A stretch of 15,799 nt of DNA from assembly GCA_051294375.1 (NCBI GenBank), contig JBJCIZ010000039.1:24278-40076 (forward strand), given 5' to 3'. The stretch's first letter is position 1, and each line of letters opens with the position of its first letter. This DNA comes from Paraspadella gotoi. Taxonomy: Eukaryota; Animalia; Chaetognatha. This document shows, piece after piece, positions 10,862-15,799 of the stretch. The position numbers were made by a program, and so were the translations under genes. Under the pieces are notes generated by a model. It was not told where the DNA came from and ran no database searches. It was given only the letters and a program-made list of their open reading frames with translations.

Positions 10862-12283
10862 CTAATTGTCTTTTTTAGCCCTCTTATTCATGCCCACGTC
10901 GTAATCGTCCTCGTCATCGTCGTCCTCCTCGTCGCGACAATGAGACTTCTCCTCTTTCGCGAAATCCATCAGCGACTGGAATTCCACGAGGGAAAGATAA
11001 ACGGTTCCCAAATTTAACATCACCGTTTTGGTTTGACCAGTTGTGGTGGTAAAATGGTACAAACTTTAAAAAAAATATATATAATTTATATTAATTTTTT
11101 TATCAAGATAAAGTGATAAATGGCAAAAATAAAAAAAGTACCGCAATTGAACGGTGGTCCTGGCAAGCGGAGACACTTGATTCGGCGCTTTCCAATAAGA
11201 AAGCGCCAGCGATAGCGAACGAGAGATAAAGATCCGATCACCGGTTACATTATTGTACCCAGATGTCTCGCAAGTACTATATATATATAAATATATTTAT
11301 TTTATAAATTTTCCTTTTTCTAAAACCGCAAAATAAAAAATTCACCTCTGGAAATGGTCAATGTCGGTACGTAGGTTGTCTACGTACCGACGGTATAAAG
11401 CATCTAGTTCTTCGAAGGTAAGCTTGAGCTTATAGATGACCGGAGAAGTACCCGACGATGACGAAGAGATCGAGCCGGAACCGCCGGAAGAAGAGTCGTA
11501 TTTCTCCTTCTTTATGACAACGTGGAGCGGTTTACGGACGATTACAGCGTAAGGAGACAAGGGAATCGTCATAGAACTAATTGAGAGGCAAAAAAAAAAG
11601 TAAGAAAATTAATTCATTCGTTTATTCATTCATTCATTCATTCATTCATTCATTCATTCATTCATTAATAATCTTACGGGATTGTTTTGACTTGATTGTA
11701 CTTGTCGTTTTCAGCCTTAATGGCTTCCAAGGACAAACTAATTAAAAAAATACATAAATATGTAATATATTAAATGTCTCACGATGTCTCATGTAATAAG
11801 AAGATGGAAAATGAATGGACAATTTTACTATTTTTACTTACTGAACTTCTTCATTTCTACCACCGCGGTTCCCTCCACCCCGCTTCGTGCCCAGAAATTG
11901 TGCCATTCTCCTTCTTTTTACCGATGTTCGGCGCAAGTGTTTCACCTTTTTTCTACAAAAAACGAAAAAATTAAATTAAGTTCCACGTATGTATAATACA
12001 TTCAAAATTACCTTAAATTTAAATTATTTTTTTTTAAAGAATTAATGACATCGATTAATTGAACGAGTTCAACGTCTCTCGTCGTACGATTAATTTTATT
12101 TTCTTTGCATCCTTGGCAAAGGGTAAATAAATTAGTCTTACAAGTTGGGCATACAGCATTATCTTTATCATTAATTAATAATTTTTCGTAGCAAAAAATA
12201 CAAGCTGGGTGGCCTTCCCGACAAACGATGGTGCGCCGTTGGGCAGAAAAATCTTCGTAACAGACTGGACAACGCATAGACAT
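10862..12283 (-). CDS. Six-exon RING-HC finger protein (putative E3 ligase), 336 aa, with a basic/RGG segment, possible PC4-like repeats, acidic tail and NLS; exons 12283-12012, 11952-11842, 11737-11678, 11576-11346, 11276-11142, 11063-10862
   Basis: CPVC-x12-CREGHPACIFC-x13-CPTC is a C3HC4 pattern. Five GT-AG introns join into a stop-free 1011-nt CDS. An acceptor (ttttacag) just upstream of caacATG suggests a 5' UTR intron. Confidence 0.85.
11624..11666. repeat. (ATTC)n microsatellite, about 10 units, inside intron 3 of the RING gene
   Basis: Directly visible attcattcattc run. Confidence 0.95.
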
Positions 12284-12539
12284 GTTGTCGGGTCTGTAAA
12301 ATAGGTGAGAAAAAAGGTCTTATTTATACCCATATTGAAAGCACTTGAAATGTCAAAAGTCAAGAATAAGTGGCTCGGTTTCGTGATTACACAGTGTGTA
12401 TTTTTTATTTTTTTCCCTCTATCTCTGTATTATCAAAAAAATCTTTGGCTACGTTCCGCCGGCCTTATCGATTCTTTTTAAAGAAATCAGTCTCGATCCA
12501 AAATCGACGTTGTAATAACATTGTAATAACGGCTAAAAA
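12284..12539. promoter_or_regulatory. Probable bidirectional promoter region between the divergent RING and mucin-like genes
   Basis: About 255-nt spacer between head-to-head start codons; contains an Inr-like atcagt (12486-12491) and a ttgtaataac tandem pair (12509-12530). Confidence 0.4.
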
Positions 12540-13750
12540 ATGAAAACTGTTCTTACAATCTCGTTAATCTTTTACTTACTGTTAAAAGATGTTTTTTGCG
12601 TGGTGGAACCCGATCAGGTAAACTCGTTAGTAATACTTTATTTTATTAAAATATTGTTTAAATAATAAAAAAAACCCATTAAGATACTTACGGTAAAACC
12701 GAAAGGGTCAACGGTGAAGAAAACGCGTCCCCCTTTCTGGTGGACGAAAAAGTCAACGACGATAGTTAGGACGACGACGGTTTCCATCACGACACCATCA
12801 TGGAACACGGATCGAACGATATCGGAAATAAGTTCAACCACGAGCGAGATGAAAACGAAAGAAGTGAGCGAGACGAACAAAATGACGATGACGACCAAGG
12901 AGGTAACTGCAACGACCCAAGGGCGAATGGAGACGACTGGGCATTGGCGAACGACCCATGGGCGAGTTGAGACGACTGAGGATTGGCGAACAACCGGAGG
13001 GAATACGGGGGAGGTGATGGAAACAACGAGTGGCTCAACAAAGACGGAAGTAAATTACACAACGGGTAGGAGAGTAGACGAAGAGACGACGACGACCGAT
13101 GGAAGCGATGATAGAACCACCCACCACCATAAAACCGCTGGAACCAACGAAACGACCAAAATTGATGAAACAAAAAGCACGAGCGGCAAAGTGTTAAGTT
13201 CCACAGAGTTAACTTGGACAACGATGATGAAAACGAGGATAACAAATGATGATGGAATTCATACTACTAATATGATGGAACAAAATNNNNNNNNNNAAAA
13301 TATGAGAAGAAAGAGGGAGAAGATCCTGATTCGGGCGAAGAAGTGGAATTCGATGGCGAAGCGACGCAAAAAACCTTCGCATCTCTGTTGAAAAAAAGAA
13401 AAGAAATTAAGGAGAATTATAAACTTACCTTTCTGGAAAGTAAAAATAATAAAGGTTTTTAGAATTTGGTGATACCGTTGTCGTCGTCTTCTTCCGACGA
13501 AGACAATTATCACGAAGAAACTACGTTTATAGAACTTCCTGAGGAAAACCCCGCTTCATTAAAAACATTTGGAAAGATTGATAAAAAAGAAACCAAAATT
13601 GAAATGACGTACGAAACTGACGAAAATAAAAGAAGAGAAACTAATGAAAGCGAAAGTCAACAGAATATGGTAAAACTATCTAGCATAGTAATTCCAAACA
13701 TTCCATTCGTCTTAAAAAATCCAAACGCGATGCCTGACTTATTTGAATAA
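12540..13750 (+). CDS. Secreted or membrane Thr-rich mucin-like glycoprotein; exon 1 12540-12617, exon 2 from 12684, interrupted by an N gap (13287-13296), with an acidic C-terminal region
   Basis: Exon 1 MKTVLTISLIFYLLLKDVFCVVEPDQ resembles a signal peptide. The phase-0 intron 12618-12683 (gtaaac...ttaag) joins in frame to the Thr-rich ORF. After the gap, KYEKKEGEDPDSGEEVEFDGE... continues in the frame of ORF 13466-13750 across one TAG (13460-13462). AATAAA signals lie at 13747-13758. Confidence 0.7.
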
Positions 13751-13874
13751 ACAATAAAGAGAGTGGGGGGTGAATAGAGGGAACTAAAATTATTTGTTGA
13801 TTTTTTTTGACCGATTTATACAAATAAAACTAGAAAAATATCCGACACTGTGTAGATCTATCAATAAACAAAAG

Positions 13875-14170
13875 ACGTAAAGTGGTTCGACGAGAAAGAG
13901 CACACCTGGTGGTTTCGCGCGGCTAAAAAAGTGTTACGTCAGCATTTTTTTACGTCAGAATTTTTTCTGACAGTCAGCCAAACAGTCAGCCAGACAGTCA
14001 GCCAGACAAAAAAAGATAAGAACGTCTAGTTGAATCGATTCGTGGAAACGAAAGTGCAGCTGGTGGTTTCACAGAGTGATAATCACCATTACGTCACCAT
14101 TCTTTCTGGCCATCTTGATAAAGCGATAAGTTTTTCGATTTCGAGCGCCGCGAATCTTTATCTTGATCGG
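13875..14170. promoter_or_regulatory. Motif-dense enhancer/origin-like block
   Basis: TTACGTCA x3 (13934, 13950, 14088), CAGTCAGCCA(A/G)A x3 (13971-14006), duplicated gaaag-gca-ctggtggtttc (13894-13916, 14050-14070) and clustered GATAA sites. Confidence 0.45.
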
Positions 14171-14339
14171 CCAAAAGGTGTAGTAGTATATCTCTAATTT
14201 GATCTTAAATGTTTTTTTTGATTGATTAATCGACTGATTAATTAATTATTTATTAATTAATTTACTAATTAATTAACTGATTATTTAATACATCTTGCAA
14301 TTACATTTATTATGAAAAGAAAAAGAATCAATTAGTGAA

Positions 14340-14822
14340 ACAGGTTTTTTGTTTTTTTTTCTATTTAAACTCATTTCCACTCAAACGATTGCATCAAAAC
14401 CTAATTTCCAGCATAATCACACACTTTCCTACCCACATACAAAATTTCAGGTCAATCGCACTATCCACTCTTGAGTAATTGTTCAAATACTGAAATATAT
14501 TTTTTTGTTTTTTTCCATTTAAACTCATTTTAACTCAGAAGATTCCATCCAAACTTCATGTGCAGCTCATTCACACACTTCCCTACCCACACATATAATT
14601 TCATTCCAATCCATCCATCTCATCACGAGTAATTAGACTTTTTTTCTAAAGTGGGACGGACGGACAGAGAGACAGACGGACAGACAGACAGATGGACGGA
14701 CATCGTTTTTTTTATATTCTGACATGATATATGTGGTTGACCGACAATATTGAGGGGGCAGACTGATGGACCGAAAAAGTGAATTATTGATTTGGGATCT
14801 GCGTATAAGCAGATCCGACTAA
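14340..14822 (-). mobile_element. DINE-1/Helentron-like non-autonomous element (HINE), 3'-truncated, with about 160-bp internal tandem repeats
   Basis: On the minus strand: T-run, gtcggatctgc...gcagatcc hairpin, core, then a GTCY microsatellite (14655-14702). Two diverged repeat units at about 14345-14480 and 14500-14635. Confidence 0.7.
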
Positions 14823-14944
14823 AAACCTCTGGCTTTTTTTGTCAGAGCTTAGTCATATTTATATGGGTATTTGTTAAAATTAGTTAAAATATTTTTGATA
14901 ATAAACATTATATTTTTATTTATTAAACTTTTGCTTCATTTCAG

Positions 14945-14988
14945 ATTGGCAAGCATGAATTGGGAGAAACATATATCTAATGAAAAAG
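14945..14988 (+). other. Isolated 44-nt exon-like segment (LASMNWEKHISNEK), possibly host-derived
   Basis: Flanked by ttttgcttcatttcag and AAG|gtaaac in AT-rich DNA; no partner exons identified. Confidence 0.25.
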
Positions 14989-15171
14989 GTAAACATTTAG
15001 GAATTTGTTAAAAGAACCAGTTGTGTCAAACAATGTCATATATTGTTATTTAAATTTTCAAAATTAACTCATCATTTAATAATGAATATTTGTTACAAAA
15101 TAACAATTTTAATTTCTCTACTTTACTTAAGTATATATTTAAGTACAGACTCCAATGCAATAATACTTTTT

Positions 15172-15394
15172 GGTCGGATTTGCTCATCAGCAGATCCCGC
15201 TTCTATAATTCACTTTGTCAGTCCATCGGTCCGCCATCTCAATATTGTCAGGAAACCACATATATCATGTCAGAATATCGAATTATGATATATTATGCAA
15301 AAAAAAAGATGTCCGTCCATCCGTCTGGCTGTCTGTCTGTCTGTCTGATAAAGATCATGGGCAGATCCGACATTGTTTGGTCAAACTTGTTTTT
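15172..15394 (+). mobile_element. Short, apparently complete DINE-1/Helentron-like HINE of the same family
   Basis: T-run, 5' subterminal repeat gtcggatttgc with partial inverted repeat gcagatccc, core matching 14710-14822 in reverse, GTCY microsatellite (15311-15348), 3' subterminal repeat gcagatccgac (15361-15371), gtttggtcaaac palindrome-like stem, then a T-run. Confidence 0.75.
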
Positions 15395-15449
15395 GTAACC
15401 GCTGGCTCTACTGTACCTTACTTTAAGAGAAGCAACCTTTTATTGCTCC

Positions 15450-15798
15450 TGTAGAAGACGAAAATAATAATAATAAAAGTGAGGAGAAGGTGAAGAATTG
15501 TGACGATGTAAGAGAAGTAGAAAAGAAGTGAGACGAGCTCTCTCCTGATCCACTTTTATCATCGCCCGAACCAACTTGACCTTACGGTCGCCTCAGCCCT
15601 ATTACTGTGTCCGGTCAATCTAAGGTCATTGCCAAAGCTAGGGCAAAGTGACCGTGTGGAATAGACCGGCTTGAAGAAATAGGAGAGAGGAAGGGTTTAG
15701 AGAGAGAGACCGGTGGTAAGTCGCCTCATCCCCCCCTCAAGTTCGGATCTTAGGGGTTTGAACTGACCCTATTTACAGTTGAGGTGACTTGTACTACT
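15450..15798. repeat. Candidate right terminal inverted repeat of the Polinton-like element
   Basis: Ends in ACTACT (reverse complement AGTAGT, a known Polinton terminal motif). Non-coding, more GC-rich than its flank, rich in TGACC/GGTCA. The partner repeat is not in the window. Confidence 0.45.
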
Positions 15799-15799
15799 A

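Larger units (their letters stand above)
1..15798. mobile_element. Polinton/Maverick (adintovirus-like) endogenous dsDNA viral element, right-hand part; left boundary outside the window
   Basis: Polinton-type pPolB motif series, densely packed virus-like accessory genes (RING, mucin-like) and a terminal ACTACT at 15793-15798. Whether 14200-15450 is inside the element or is host DNA is unresolved. Confidence 0.7.

Noticed and set aside
12638-13513. Minus-strand ORFs opposite the mucin-like gene
   Set aside because: Antisense shadows of ACG/ACC-rich codons; the plus strand has the signal peptide, intron and polyA signal.
10794-14010. Short direct repeats as a CRISPR-like array
   Set aside because: Only 2-3 adjacent units with no unique spacers, in a eukaryotic context.
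14181-14187. tagtagt as the element terminus
   Set aside because: Wrong orientation for a right end of the upstream genes; no supporting terminal repeat or target-site duplication is visible.
15043-15454. Three short plus-strand ORFs
   Set aside because: They overlap the HINE repeat and its microsatellite and show no coding features.

Overview
Eukaryotic (probably arthropod) scaffold segment. Most of it is part of an integrated Polinton/Maverick (adintovirus-like) dsDNA element whose genes carry spliceosomal introns, so the ORF track shows only fragments. Manual splicing gives: (1) a minus-strand, multi-exon protein-primed family B DNA polymerase running from 9270 to about 650, with a C2HC zinc finger, ExoI/ExoII motifs, an endonuclease VII-like domain, motifs A and B and a thumb region, plus one GC-AG intron; (2) two orphan ORFs (9449-9961 and 9981-10763); (3) a six-exon, 336-aa RING-finger gene with a possible PC4-like region (10862-12283), all five introns phase 2; (4) a divergent signal-peptide, mucin-like gene (12540-13750). 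These are followed by a motif-dense non-coding block, two oppositely oriented DINE-1/Helentron-like non-autonomous elements, and a candidate Polinton right terminus ending in ACTACT at the window edge. The left 6 kb is poor-quality assembly: the 3' half of polB appears twice around a 25-N gap, and one copy is interleaved with an inverted copy of the RING gene. No integrase, capsid, packaging ATPase or protease gene is recognisable in the window. All homology calls come from motif recognition by eye, not database searches.
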